Shown here: in pieces, positions 35,181-47,100 of the stretch | How positions within the stretch are numbered: position 1 is the first letter of the stretch | Layout of the letters: the number at the start of each line of letters is the position of its first letter | Source: Selaginella moellendorffii | Taxonomy: Eukaryota > Plantae > Lycopodiophyta | NCBI RefSeq assembly: GCF_000143415.4 | Contig: NW_003314352.1 | Location: 550,278-614,277, forward strand | Direction of reading: 5' to 3' | DNA length: 64,000 bases | The notes under the pieces: model-generated | Databases searched by the model: none | What the model saw: the letters and a program-made list of their open reading frames with translations, nothing else | Told to the model about the DNA's origin: nothing | Program-made: the position numbers and the translations under genes

Positions 35181-37484
35181 ATGGCCGCGACAGCGGCAGC
35201 AAGACGGGCATCCGGATGGCAATGGCGCCGTCCCAATGCCAATGCAGGGCTCCAGGCAGTGGTGGAAGCCAAGGCGATGCCCATGGTCATCACGCGCAGC
35301 TACGCCAAGACCCCGCCCAAGCCCAAGCCCCAGCCCGCCTATCTCTTCGCCAAGAACATGGAAGAGGTGGACTACTGCCCGCGCACCTCCGCCGCCCGGC
35401 TGCGCACCACCAATCTCATCTCCTACCTCTGGATCAGCAGCTACCGCAGCCCCGACAAGACGCACCACAATCTGGAGCGCTTCCTCCACAGCCCCGACCT
35501 CTGGCACTGCGCCTACCAGCGATCCTGCTACAACCGCGGCCTCTGGTCGCCCACCAGCCGGATCGACCAGGAGACCCTGGCCGACCTCGACAACCTCAAG
35601 CGCGCGGTCATGGACGGCACCTTCGCCTGGGGCGGCAAGGAGCAGATCTTCGTCTTCCCGCCGCCCAAGCCCGGCAGCGACCCGCCCCCAGTCCGGCAGC
35701 GCGACGACCCCCGCGGGGATTTCCAGGACGAGATTGTCCAGGAGGTGCTCATCTTCGTGCTGGAGCCGCTGTTCGAGGTGAGGCTCTCGCAGCGCGCGTT
35801 TGGGGGGCGGCCGGGGCGGAGCGCGCAGTCGTGCCTGCGCTACATCCAGGGCAACTTCGACGGCGTGGTGTGGACCGTCAAGGGCGATCTCACCAAGCTC
35901 TACGACGATCCACAGCCGGAGCTCATCACCCGGGTGCTCGCCAACGTCGTCCAGGACTCGAGGGTGATCGAGCTCATCGCCAGCGGCCTCCGGGGGAGGC
36001 TCCGGCTCGAGGTTCCCATCCCGCGGCCGGTGAGAGTCTCGTATCGCCAGCTAAAGCAGCTGAGCGAGGATAAGAAGCCCAAGCGGTGCCCGTTTTGGCT
36101 GGACACCGTGCTCGGCTTCGCTCCGGTCGAGGCGCAAAAGTCGCCCAAGTGGGGATACTGCCACAAGCTCGCGCCTCTCCTCGCCAACATCTACCTCAAC
36201 GAGCTGGATTCGTGGATGGAGGGCCAGATGACCGAGTTCTTCCGCCCCCACGATCCAAACTTGGGCGTGGAGCCGGACGAGTCCCCGCAAGGAGATTATC
36301 TGTGGCAGCACAAGAAGGAGCCGGACAGCAGCGACGACGAGGAGACTTACAGGAACACGCCTTACATCGAGCGGCGGCACTACGAGGATTCCTCGTCGAG
36401 CAGCGACGATGAAGAAGGTGGCGATGGAAAAGGTGGCGGTGGCTCCCCGCCGCCGAATCCCCGGCTGGAGCAGCAGCTGGCGGTGGTGGCCGGGAAGGAG
36501 CTCATGTCGGACAACTCCAAGCGCATGGAGTACATCCGCTACTCGGGGCATTTCCTGATATCGGTGCGCGGCACGCGGCATGACGCGCTGCGCGCCGTGG
36601 AGCGCTGCCGGGCCTTTTGCCGCGAGACCTTCTTCACGGAGCCGGACCTGGACCCGCCGGTGCACATCACCCGCCGGACCTTCTTCCTGGGCCACGAGAT
36701 CTTCCGCCGCCGCCTCATCATTACCCGGCGGCAGCTCTTCTCGGACAACAGGTACCGCACGCTCAAGCTCCACAAGACCATCCTGTGCGTCAAGGCGGAC
36801 ATGCAGTACTGCCTCCACAAGCTCCGCGAGGTCGGGGTGCTCAAAGGTGACGACCACCCGCTGGCGTGCATGAGGCTCTTCCACACCGAGCAGGCGCAGA
36901 CCAACGCACACATGAACAAGCTCCTCCGCGCGCTCTCCGACTGGTACAAGTACGCCTTCAATCGCAAGGCCGTCTGCGGCCTCATCGGCTACGTCTTCCG
37001 ATCGTCGCTGGCGAAGATGTACGCCGCCAAGTACAAGCTCCGCTCGCAGGCGAAGGTTTACAAGACGGCCAGCTCCGACTTGAGCTACCAGCTCAAGGAC
37101 CGCAAGGGCCGGACGCCGCAGTACCGGCAGGCGGTGGTGTCGGGCATGAAGACGGGCATCGAGCCGATCGAGTTCCGGTTCCTGGACCGGATACCCGAGG
37201 CGGTGTTCTCGCCGCTGCCGCGGAACTGGATGCCGGTGCACGAGCGGCTGCTGCGCGAGTTTGCGAGCCTCAAGGAGCCGCAGACCATGGAGGCGGAGCT
37301 GGAGGCGATGCGGGACAAGGAGCCGGCGGCGGTGAGGGAGAGGCTGTCGAGCATCGTGTGGGAGTTTTACCGGGGCGGGACGGCGAGCATGGCCAACTTG
37401 GACGAGGACCTCGCCAAGAAGAAGCTCCGGCATGTCACTCCATACCTCTCGGAGCACGACCATGTCCCTCCTCCACCTCTCTAG
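35181..37484 (+). CDS. nMAT2: Nuclear-encoded group II intron maturase, type I (nMAT1/nMAT2-like), probably mitochondrial
   Basis: RT-like blocks are FQDEIVQEVLIFVLEPLFE, FGGRPGRSAQ, VKGDL and WLDTVLGFAPVEAQKSPKWG...APLLANIYLNELD. The catalytic motif is degenerate (YIRYSGHFLI). Domain X reads DWYKYAFNRK...RSSLAKMYAAKYKLRS. The N-terminus is Arg-rich like a mitochondrial presequence. The family call is firm; nMAT2 versus nMAT1 is tentative. Confidence 0.9.
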   Translation: MAATAAARRASGWQWRRPNANAGLQAVVEAKAMPMVITRSYAKTPPKPKPQPAYLFAKNMEEVDYCPRTSAARLRTTNLISYLWISSYRSPDKTHHNLERFLHSPDLWHCAYQRSCYNRGLWSPTSRIDQETLADLDNLKRAVMDGTFAWGGKEQIFVFPPPKPGSDPPPVRQRDDPRGDFQDEIVQEVLIFVLEPLFEVRLSQRAFGGRPGRSAQSCLRYIQGNFDGVVWTVKGDLTKLYDDPQPELITRVLANVVQDSRVIELIASGLRGRLRLEVPIPRPVRVSYRQLKQLSEDKKPKRCPFWLDTVLGFAPVEAQKSPKWGYCHKLAPLLANIYLNELDSWMEGQMTEFFRPHDPNLGVEPDESPQGDYLWQHKKEPDSSDDEETYRNTPYIERRHYEDSSSSSDDEEGGDGKGGGGSPPPNPRLEQQLAVVAGKELMSDNSKRMEYIRYSGHFLISVRGTRHDALRAVERCRAFCRETFFTEPDLDPPVHITRRTFFLGHEIFRRRLIITRRQLFSDNRYRTLKLHKTILCVKADMQYCLHKLREVGVLKGDDHPLACMRLFHTEQAQTNAHMNKLLRALSDWYKYAFNRKAVCGLIGYVFRSSLAKMYAAKYKLRSQAKVYKTASSDLSYQLKDRKGRTPQYRQAVVSGMKTGIEPIEFRFLDRIPEAVFSPLPRNWMPVHERLLREFASLKEPQTMEAELEAMRDKEPAAVRERLSSIVWEFYRGGTASMANLDEDLAKKKLRHVTPYLSEHDHVPPPPL

Positions 37485-37664
37485 CTTCGTATGCTCGATC
37501 GATCATAGCAAATGTGTACATTTATGCCTTGAAGGACAATTATTTACAAAAAAAAGGAAGAAAAATCAGGTTTTTACGATCTTATCTTTAGAAATAGAAC
37601 TAATATAAGTTGAGGATGGGAAAAATATTTGGGAGAATAAGGGCATGCTATTCTTCTGTTAGCA

Positions 37665-39021
37665 ATGGCGAGTGATAGCAAGTGTGTAGATGTGGAGGCT
37701 TGGGGGCGCAAGCCGGGGGTCTATCTGTACACCTTGAGGAATGGAGGCATCACTGCCAGGATCACGAACTGGGGAGCGACCATCGTCTCGCTCTGCCTCA
37801 GGGATCCTTCAGGTTTGAGAATAATCCTTGGTTTTCTCTCTAGATTTGAATTTTGCAGCTGGAGAGGACATTGATATCGTTCTGGGATTTGATTCCTGCG
37901 ATCCTTACATGGTATCTTCTCTTCTTTGTTGTTTTTTTCGCCCTTCTTCTTCTTCTTCTTCTTCTTAGAGTCGTCGTTTTTCCAGGATGGAACCTCGCCG
38001 TATTTTGGATGCATTGTTGGTCGCGTAGCGAACCGGATCAAAGACGCATCTTTTTCCATGGATGGAGTCACGTACACTCTGCCTGCCAATAACAACATGA
38101 ACACTCTTCATGGTACGCTTGCTCTTTTCTGCCTGGACTTTCCTCACTGTGAAGTTTGTGTGGGACAAAAACAAAAAAACAAAAAAACACCATCCACACT
38201 GCACAGGTGGTGAAGTTGGATATGACAAAGTGCTGTGGCAGTCGCAAATTGTCAAGGAATCTCAGGTCCCAGTGGTCGAATTTACGTACCACAGCAGCGA
38301 TGGCGAGCAAGGTATAGCTTCCTCGCTTTCGACTTCCTGTACAGCTTTAAAGCTTTCTCTTCCTTTTCGTGAAGGATTCCCGGGCGAGCTGGACGTTTCA
38401 GTAACTTATGCTCTTCACGAGAACGAGCTGCGCGTGGAAATGAGAGCTGTGCCGGCGAGCAAGCAAACTCCGGTCAGCCTTGCGCAGCACACGTACTGGA
38501 ACCTGGCGGGGCACAAGAGCGGCAGCATCCTCGACCACACCATTTGCATCTCGGCCTCTCGCTACACTCCAGTGGACGACTTCCAAATTCCCACTGGCGA
38601 GCTCGCCCCCGTCGCAGGCACCGCCTTTGATTTCCTGCAAGAGGCCAGGATCGGTTCCAGGATTGATCAAGTCGAGGGGGGATACGATCACAACTACGTG
38701 CTGGATCAGAAGCAAGGACCTGGGCTTTGCTTTGCTGCCAGGGTGAGAGATCCATCCAGTGGAAGAACGATGGAGCTTCTCACGGACGCGCCGGGCTTGC
38801 AGTTCTACACGGGGAACTTCTTGGTGGCAGAGGCTGGAAAAGATGGAGAGGTTTACAGGAAGCACGCCGGGCTTTGCCTCGAGACGCAGGGATTTCCAAA
38901 TGCCGTGAACGACGCAAGGTTCCCGAGCGTGATGGTTTCCCCCGGGGAAGTTTACAGGCACCAGATGGTGTTTAGATTCTCCGTGACACAAAAGGAAAAA
39001 ACAAAGTGTTTGCTCGAGTGA
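37665..39021 (+). CDS. GALM: Aldose 1-epimerase (galactose mutarotase), multi-exon
   Basis: Motifs are [34 protein letters not shown]|[27 protein letters not shown] and [12 protein letters not shown]. Confidence 0.95.
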
Positions 39022-40225
39022 TTGATAGCAGCTTTCGGCCGACGTAAGATCATGAGCTTTAAATTCTCTGGTCCGAGGATAAAAACACGAGGAACTGGCT
39101 AACAACTTGGCTGCTGCAGTGGAGCATTCAAGGTACTGGGAGGAGAGGATTGATTGATAGTGTCATTCCATCCACACAGCAGATAATAAGTTTACAGAGC
39201 AAGACGATTGATCCTATAACAAACATAGCAACGAACACAGAGAGAGAGAGAGAGATCACAGTGGAATTTATAAAGAATCCATAGCTTAGAGAAAATGTTA
39301 CAGCTTGATCTCAAATTCATGGGTGTCTCTGACCATGCTCTTTTCGTTTTTGGTGTCTTGTGGAGCCATGATGTTTTGCAGTACTTGTCTTTCAAGTTTC
39401 ATGTGGAGGAAATAAGAGATTTTGACAAGACATTCAAAGAGCGAAAGGGGAGACGAGATCCATCCCGCGGGGCCCTAAGTGAGAAGATCAAAGTTTGGAA
39501 ACCAATGCGAGAATTGCTGCTCGCTCGCCTGTTCTCTCACGCTTTGACGAAAGAGTTTAGCAATGGACGGGTGGGGATGCGCTTAAACCCAACGGCTGGG
39601 ATGGAGTCTCGTACGGATGAGATTGAGAAATTAATGAGCCAGCGAGGAAGCGCGTCGGTCTCGTCTGGTGTTTTTTACCAGCATGTACGGTAATAAAGCG
39701 CAGTTTCCCCCCCTAAATTTGGGGGTGCCAATCACTGCCGCCAAATCCACCAACTCGCACTTACGCCCGCCCTCTGGTAAAAAATAAGTGCCCCCATTTC
39801 ACTAAAACAGCTTTTAACCTTGTCCTTTCATCGTCAATGTTTTGAATGTCCGCCATAGCCATCAATCTTTGGGGGCCTGGCTTGGCTTTGCCGCGCGACA
39901 CGGGCGGCGCATCGATCGATCGCTAGCGGCTGGCAGCGAAGCGAGAGGATTCTCCGTGTTTTCTTGCTCGCGGCTGCCAATGGGGGTGGATTCTAGGACA
40001 AAGATGATCCTGCCCAGTCGATGTCTGTGCTGTGCTTGCGAGCGCCAATGCGTGGCGGGCGCAGGCGCTGTTCTTGGCCATGGGTGCACAGCTGGAATCG
40101 CAATTCGAGGTTCGTGATGTGATGTTTCCAGGTATTTCGACTCCCTTGGCGCCGCTGCGCGATCGACGACCCCGGCACTAGCAGCATTGGATGAGGCGGC
40201 GGAGTAGAATCTAGCGCAGGAAGAG

Positions 40226-43200
40226 ATGAGAATTTCCAGGATTGCCTTGGTCGTCGTCGCGATAATCTCCGGCCTTGATCCTGGATCCGCGCAGTCGAGC
40301 GGCGCCGAATCGGACAGGGAATCGCTACGAATCTTTCTCCAAGGCGCGCTTCCAGCGCAACCGGCATTCAATCTCTCCGGCTCGCCCTGCCGCTGGCCGG
40401 GCGTCAGCTGCTCGGACACGGATAGCCGGGTCACTCGCATCGATTGGCAGGGCTGGGAGTTGCGAGGATCCATCCCACAGGACTCCATTGGCAGGCTCGA
40501 TTCGCTGCTCTACCTCAATCTCTACAACAACTCCATCTCGGGCACTCTCCCGCCGGATCTATGGGACCTCCCGCAGCTCCAGTACCTCAACCTCTCCAGG
40601 AACCTCCTCCAGGGATCCATGTCCATCGCGCTGGGTCGGCCATCGGGGCTCTTCTTCCTGGATCTCTCGCAAAACCATCTTGCCGGCCAGATTCCTCCCA
40701 GCATTGGGCTGCTCAAGAGCTTGGTGATGTTGAATCTCAGCCGGAACGACTTCCAGGATCTGGTCCCAGGTGCCATCTTCGGCTGCTCGTTCCTGCGGAC
40801 GCTCGACCTCTCCTACAACAGGATCTCGGGGGTCTTCCCGTCGGGGCTCTCGCATTTGGTCCAGCTCCAGGCTCTCTACCTCAACAACAACATGCTGAGT
40901 GGAATGGTGCCGCCGGAGACGAGCCGGCTACACTACCTCGCGGTGCTGGATCTCTCCGAGAACCACTTCACGGGGCCTTTTCCCCGAGTGGACGGGCTCA
41001 GGAAGCTGGAGGTTCTCAACATCTCGGGGAACTTTTTGGGTGGGACGATTCCAACGGGCACTTTCCGCATCCCCGGATTGAGGAAGTTCTCGGCCAGGAG
41101 CAACTTTTTCGTGGGGAGTTTACCAACACCGTCGCTCATGCACAGCACCTTGAGCTACATCGATCTGGGGCAGAACAACTTGTCAGGAAATGTTTCTGTG
41201 GGGATCTGGAGTATGAACTCGGTAGAAACTCTGCGGCTGGACGGAAACAGCTTGTCTGGGCTTTTGCCATCGCAGGTCGGTGCTGCATTGAAGGAGCTCG
41301 ACCTCAAAAACAACGAGTTCAGCGGCCCCGTTTCTTCCGACTTGGGAGCGTTCCAAAGTCTTGCGTACTTGGACTTGTCAACAAACAGGCTGAGTGGGCC
41401 TCTACCGGAGAAGTTGACCGGGTTCCCGTCCTTGGTCCATCTCGGGCTGGACAACAATCCGTTTGTGGAGAGCAGGTTCCCAAAGCTTCAAGAACTCAAA
41501 AAGCTCGAGTACTTGAATCTTTCCGCGACTCAGCTCACCGGAGGCATTCCCGAAGAGATTGGCAATCTCCAGACGTTGAAGCAGCTGGACCTCTCGCACA
41601 ACGAGCTCAACGGAACGCTTCCCGAAAGTCTGGGAAGCCTGGTGGGATTGACTTCGCTGGACATGTCGTACAATCAACTCAATGGCTCCATTCCCAACTC
41701 CATGGCCAGGTTGACACAGCTACAGCACTTGAACTTTTCGTACAATGATCTCAGTGGAGATGTTCCCGGCTGGCCCTTCATGCTCCCTTCAGGCTTACTG
41801 GGGAACAAGGTACTACTTGCCAACTTTCCTCTCTGATAATTTCTTTCGTTCTTTTCTCCGTAGCCCCAAAAGCTGATCTCTTTTTCTATGACAGGGACTG
41901 TGTGGGCGTGTGCTGAATGTGCCTTGCCCGCGAGAAATAGTACCGTCGTCGGGCCACAGTCCATCAGACAACAGCGAGCACAACATCCGGGACTCACCAC
42001 ACAGGAGGCATTTGCGAGTCGCAGTCATAGTCGGCATTGTCACGGGATCAGCAGCTGCAATCCTCTGCGTCGTGGCCGGACTCTGCTACTGCCGGGGCAG
42101 CGTCAAAGTTTTCAACAAGAAGCAAGAGCCAACAAAGGAGGAGCGCTTCATCTCCATGTCGGGCCCCTTCTCGTCCGAGATGGATCCATCAGTGTGGGCG
42201 GCGGGGGTCCGGGATCCACACACCATTCCAGTGGTGATGTTTGAGAAGCCGCTACTCAACCTCACATTCTCGGATCTCGTCCAGGCCACCGCCAACTTTA
42301 GCAAGGACGCGCAAGTCCCCGACGGCGGCTGTGGCCCGGTCTTCCAAGGCGTCCTCCCAGGTGGAATCCACGTTGCGGTGAAGATCCTCGGCGAGGGGAT
42401 ACCATCCGAGGACGTGGCATCCGCTTGTGCACAGCTAGCAGCCATCGGCCGGCTCAAGCATCCCAACGTGGTACCGCTGCTGGGCTACTGCATGGTCGGG
42501 GTGGAGAGGCTGCTGGTTTACGACTACGTCCAGGACGGGGGCGACCTGTATGGCCGGCTCCACGAGCTGCCCGAGGGTATGCCCAACACCGAGGACTGGT
42601 CAACGGACACTTGGGAGCACGGGCAGGAGGGGACTACTAACGCGGCGGTGCTGGCCGTGCTGCCGTGGTCGGTCCGCCACCGCGTCGCGCTGTGTACCGC
42701 CCGGGCTCTGGCGTTCTTGCACCACGGCTGCAGCCCCCCGGTGGTGCATGGCGACGTGAAGGCGAGCAACGTGCTTCTGGACGCAGAGTGTGAGGCTCGG
42801 CTGGCCGGGACTGGGCTGGCGCAGCTCGTGGAGATTGGGACCGGAGAGGCCGGCTACGTGCCGCCGGAGTTTGGCAGCAGCAGCTCCAATGCCGGAAACA
42901 ACAACAGCAACAGCAACTCCGGCTCCTCCCGCGAGATGTCGCCGAAGGCCGACGTTTACTCGTTCGGGGTGGTGCTCCTGGAGCTTGTGACGGGTAAGAG
43001 GCCCGTCGGGGACGACTACCCGGGAGGCCACGGCAACCAAGGCGGGGTTGTGCAGTGGACGAGGTGGCTGGTCAAAGAGAAGCGGGGTTTCAAGGCTCTG
43101 GACGTGAGGGTGATGCAAGGGGACGAGGACATGACCGAGATGCTCGAGGCTTTGAGAGTGGCCTACTTGTGCACGGCGGAGACTCCCAGCAAGAGACCCA

Positions 43201-43283
43201 CAATGCAACAGGTTGTGGGGCTGCTCAAGGACTTGCGGCCATCGACCTCGATCTCCGGAGAGCTGGTTGGAGGGTCCTTCTGA
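40226..43283 (+). CDS. LRR receptor-like kinase, At2g24230/At5g58150-like (probable pseudokinase), 2 exons
   Basis: It has a signal peptide, a CRWPGVSC cap, many LRRs, an intron at 41810-41894 (GNK|GLCG), a TM helix, SGPFSSE...IPVVMFEKPLLNLTFSDL, and a kinase domain containing NTEDWSTDTWE. Confidence 0.92.
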
Positions 43284-44189
43284 TCCACGTACAGGTGCTT
43301 TTGGCGGTTCTTGCTGAGGTCAGCTAGCTTTGTTTTCTTCTCGTTTTGCTATTTGTTTTGATCCCGTGCGTCCTGTTACAGGAGATCCGGATCGATAGCA
43401 ACAAAAACAAATGACACTACTGAAACCCAACAGTGATCTCTCTAGAACAGGAGATGATTCCTCTCCGCGGAAACTCTTAACTGGCAGCTAAGGTAGCAGT
43501 AAAATATGATTTGTTCTTCGCGAGTCCTCTATCTATTCCCAGTGGATCGCACGTCAGTACAAAAGAATGCGCTCCTTCCGAATTCGTGTCCCCAACAAAA
43601 TCCAATTGTTGCTTAAACTTCCATCTTCGAAACGACGAAATCGAAAGAGAACTTCTCAAACGCGGCCCCACGCGTTGGGCCGTCCCGCTGCACGAAGCCT
43701 GCACGTCACAGGTTATTCCGCTCGCTCTCCGGCATATTCCGACAAAATCTGACGGCATATCCGTGGGATGCCGCACATTCCGCTTGCCGGCTCACGGCCG
43801 TCAATGAAAATGACCTAATAAAACAGGGCGCGTTCCAATGCAGCGTGGAAGGAAGAAGTTTAGCCGCGTGATTGTTTTTTGTGAAATCGTCAAATCCACT
43901 CCCTCTTGCACGGGTAATTCCCTTCTTATAGCTGTGATCGCGATATAGAGCCCACAGCAGTAGAAAGACCCCACGAATTTTTCCACATCCCAGCGATCTA
44001 GAAATCCATGGTGGCGCAAAAATGACTTAGTCCCTCCCGCACTGTGGCGACGCCGCTAAAGTCGCTGCATCCATGCCAATTCTTCTCTCCTCGCGTTTCT
44101 CAGCACGAATCGGTCGCAGGTTTTAGCTGGTCCTTCTTAGTCCTCTCTAGGCCATCAGCACTTCATAAGCACCAGCATCATCGATCAAA

Positions 44190-47100
44190 ATGGCCTCTTC
44201 GCAGCAGCAGCAGCAGCAGCAGAGCACTCGCACAAATAGCTTCCGCAATCCCGCGGCCGCTCCAAACAGCACAGGTCCTCAGCTTCGATCCTCCAGCGGC
44301 CGCTACCGGTATGCTTCACGCGACGAGAGCGAGATGTCCGATATCATGTCCACCGCCGACTTCCCCGTGAGCGGGGAGTTCCTGAATCCTTACACGGTGC
44401 ACATACCCCCGACGCCGGACAACCAGCCTATGAACTTCTCGGGCCCGACAGCACCGCAGCAAGCGTCCCAGCAGTTCGTCTCAAGCGCCATCTTCACCGG
44501 AGGATACAACGCCATCACCCGCGGCCACATCATGGAGAAGCACCCCGAGCACGGCCAGCAGCTCCTCACCGGGCCTTCCACCTGCGGCGTCCGGGGCTGC
44601 GACCAGCTCGCAATGAGGGACGAGCAAGGCAACGAGATCCATCCCTGCGAGTGCGGCTTTAGCATCTGTAAGGAGTGCTTCATCGACGCCGTCTCCAACG
44701 GTGGAATCTGTCCCGGCTGCAAGGAGGTGTACAAGGAGGAGGAGGAGGAGGATGACGAGCGGGAGACGGAGTCCAAGACCAAAGCTCTCACTCCCACTTC
44801 TGGCGCCTCTGCCGCCACCACCACGGCCACTGCCAAGGCCGATCCCCGGAGGCTTGGATCCCGGAAGAACACCATGATCGTGAAGCAGTCGGAGTTTGAC
44901 CACGCCCAGTGGCTCTTCGAGACCAAAGGTACCTATGGATATGGAAACGCTCACTGGCCACCCAACGATTATAACTTCGGCCCGGATGCCGATCCACCTG
45001 CCTTTAACGAGCGGTCCAAGCGCCCCCTGGCCAGGAAATCTAGCATCCCAGCCGCCATCATCAGCCCATACAGGTACTTTGCTCGATCCGCAAACTTTGT
45101 CTTTTGTCTGCTAACATTTTTTTTTTCTGGACTCCAGGTTCTTAGTGCTCTTCCGGATGGTTGTCCTGGTCCTGTTCCTCATGTGGCGAGTGACGAATCC
45201 AAACCGTGACGCAGTGTGGCTGTGGGGTATGTCCGTCGCCTGTGAGATCTGGTTTGCCTTCTCGTGGCTGCTCGATCAGCTGCCAAAGCTAGTTCCGGTT
45301 AACCGGCACACGGACTTGGAGGCGCTCAAAGAAAGGTTTGAGAAGCCGGGTCCGAACAATCCCAAGGGACGGTCTGATCTTCCAGGCGTGGACCTGTTCG
45401 TCTCTACTGCTGATCCCGAGAAGGAGCCACCACTCGTCACTGCCAACACTATCCTGTCCATTCTAGCCGCAGAATACCCCGTCGAGAAGACCGCCTGCTA
45501 TCTTTCTGACGATGGAGGAGCACTGTTAACCTTCGAGGCACTAGCCGAGGCCGCCAGTTTTGCTCAGACCTGGGTCCCCTTCTGCCGCAAGCACGTGATC
45601 GAGCCTCGCAATCCCGAGACGTATTTCGCGCTGAGAGGCGATCCAACCAAGAACAAGTCGCGTCCTGATTTCGTAAAGGACAGGAGACGAGTGAAGCGTG
45701 AGTACGACGAGTTCAAAGTCAGGATCAACGGCCTACCTGAGGCGATCCGGCGGAGGTCCGATGCCTACAATGCGCACGAGGAGATCAAAGCCAAGCGAGC
45801 ACAGATCGAGAGCGGCAGAGACGTGACAGAGCCTCTCAACATCCCAAAAGCGACCTGGATGTCCGATGGCACACACTGGCCAGGAACTTGGACGGTGACG
45901 TCGTCGGAGCATGGTCGAGGTGATCACGCTGGTATCATCCAAGTAAGTTTTTTCGCCACCTTTTGTTTTTCCTTGAAAAGTTGGCTGACTCGATCTGTGG
46001 CTGTTCCCAGGTGATGCTGGCTCCTCCAAGCAGTGACCCAATCCTCGGCACCCCCGATACTTCTACCATCATCGACACCACCGGCATCGACACCCGCCTT
46101 CCAATGCTGGTCTACGTCTCTCGAGAGAAGCGCCCCGGCTACGACCACAACAAGAAAGCCGGAGCCATGAACGCGCTCGTCCGGGCCAGCGCCATCATGT
46201 CCAACGGAGCCTTCATCCTCAACCTCGACTGCGACCACTACATCTACAACGCGCTCGCTATCCGTGAGGCGATGTGCTTCATGATGGACCGCACCGGCGA
46301 CCAGATCTGCTACGTCCAGTTCCCCCAGCGGTTCGAGGGGATCGACCCCAACGACCGCTACGCCAACCACAACTCCGTCTTCTTCGACGTCAACATGCGA
46401 GCTCTGGACGGAATCCAGGGCCCCGTCTACGTTGGCACCGGCTGCTGCTTCCGGAGAACCGCCCTCTACGGCTTCGACCCCCCAAGAGTGAAAGACCGAG
46501 GCTGCTGCGGCGGAGGAAGGAAGAAAACATCCAAGACCAAGAGCATCGAGGACGACGACGTCGAGCTCCAGCTCTTGCCAAAGCGGTTCGGCAACTCGGC
46601 CGGTTTCGCTGCTTCCGTCCCTGTTGCCGAGTTCCAAGGCCGGCCTCTAGCAGAGCAGGGTGCGAAGAACGGTCGACCACCTGGAGCTCTTCTCGCCCCC
46701 CGCGAGCCTCTCGATGCCACCACGGTCGCGGAGGCCATTCACGTTATCTCGTGCTTCTACGAGGGGAAGACCGAGTGGGGGCAGCGAGTCGGATGGATCT
46801 ACGGCTCGGTCACCGAGGACGTGGTCACCGGCTTCCGGATGCACAACCGCGGGTGGAGGTCGATCTACTGCGTCACCAAAGTCGACGCCTTCCACGGCAC
46901 AGCTCCCATCAACCTCACCGATCGTCTCCACCAGGTCCTCCGCTGGGCCACCGGCTCGGTCGAGATTTTCTTCTCCAGGAACAACGCTCTCTTCGCCAAC
47001 ACCCGGCTTAAGTTCCTCCAGAGGATCGCCTACCTCAACGTTGGCGTCTATCCCTTCACCTCGATCTTCCTCGTCGTCTACTGCTTCCTCCCAGCGCTGT

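Noticed and set aside
33890-37484. RT + ATPase pair as a bacterial-type retron or defence-associated RT system
   Set aside because: The RT is a nuclear type I maturase with YSGH instead of YADD, a targeting peptide and domain X. The genes are divergent rather than operonic, no msr/msd-like RNA is evident, and the context is eukaryotic.
35181-37484. Mobile group II intron or mitochondrial DNA insertion
   Set aside because: No intron RNA domain V/VI or flanking organellar exons were seen, and codon usage is nuclear-like with high GC3.
39295-39693. 132-aa intergenic ORF
   Set aside because: It has no recognisable motif or exon structure and lies in the LRR-RLK upstream region, so it is probably spurious.
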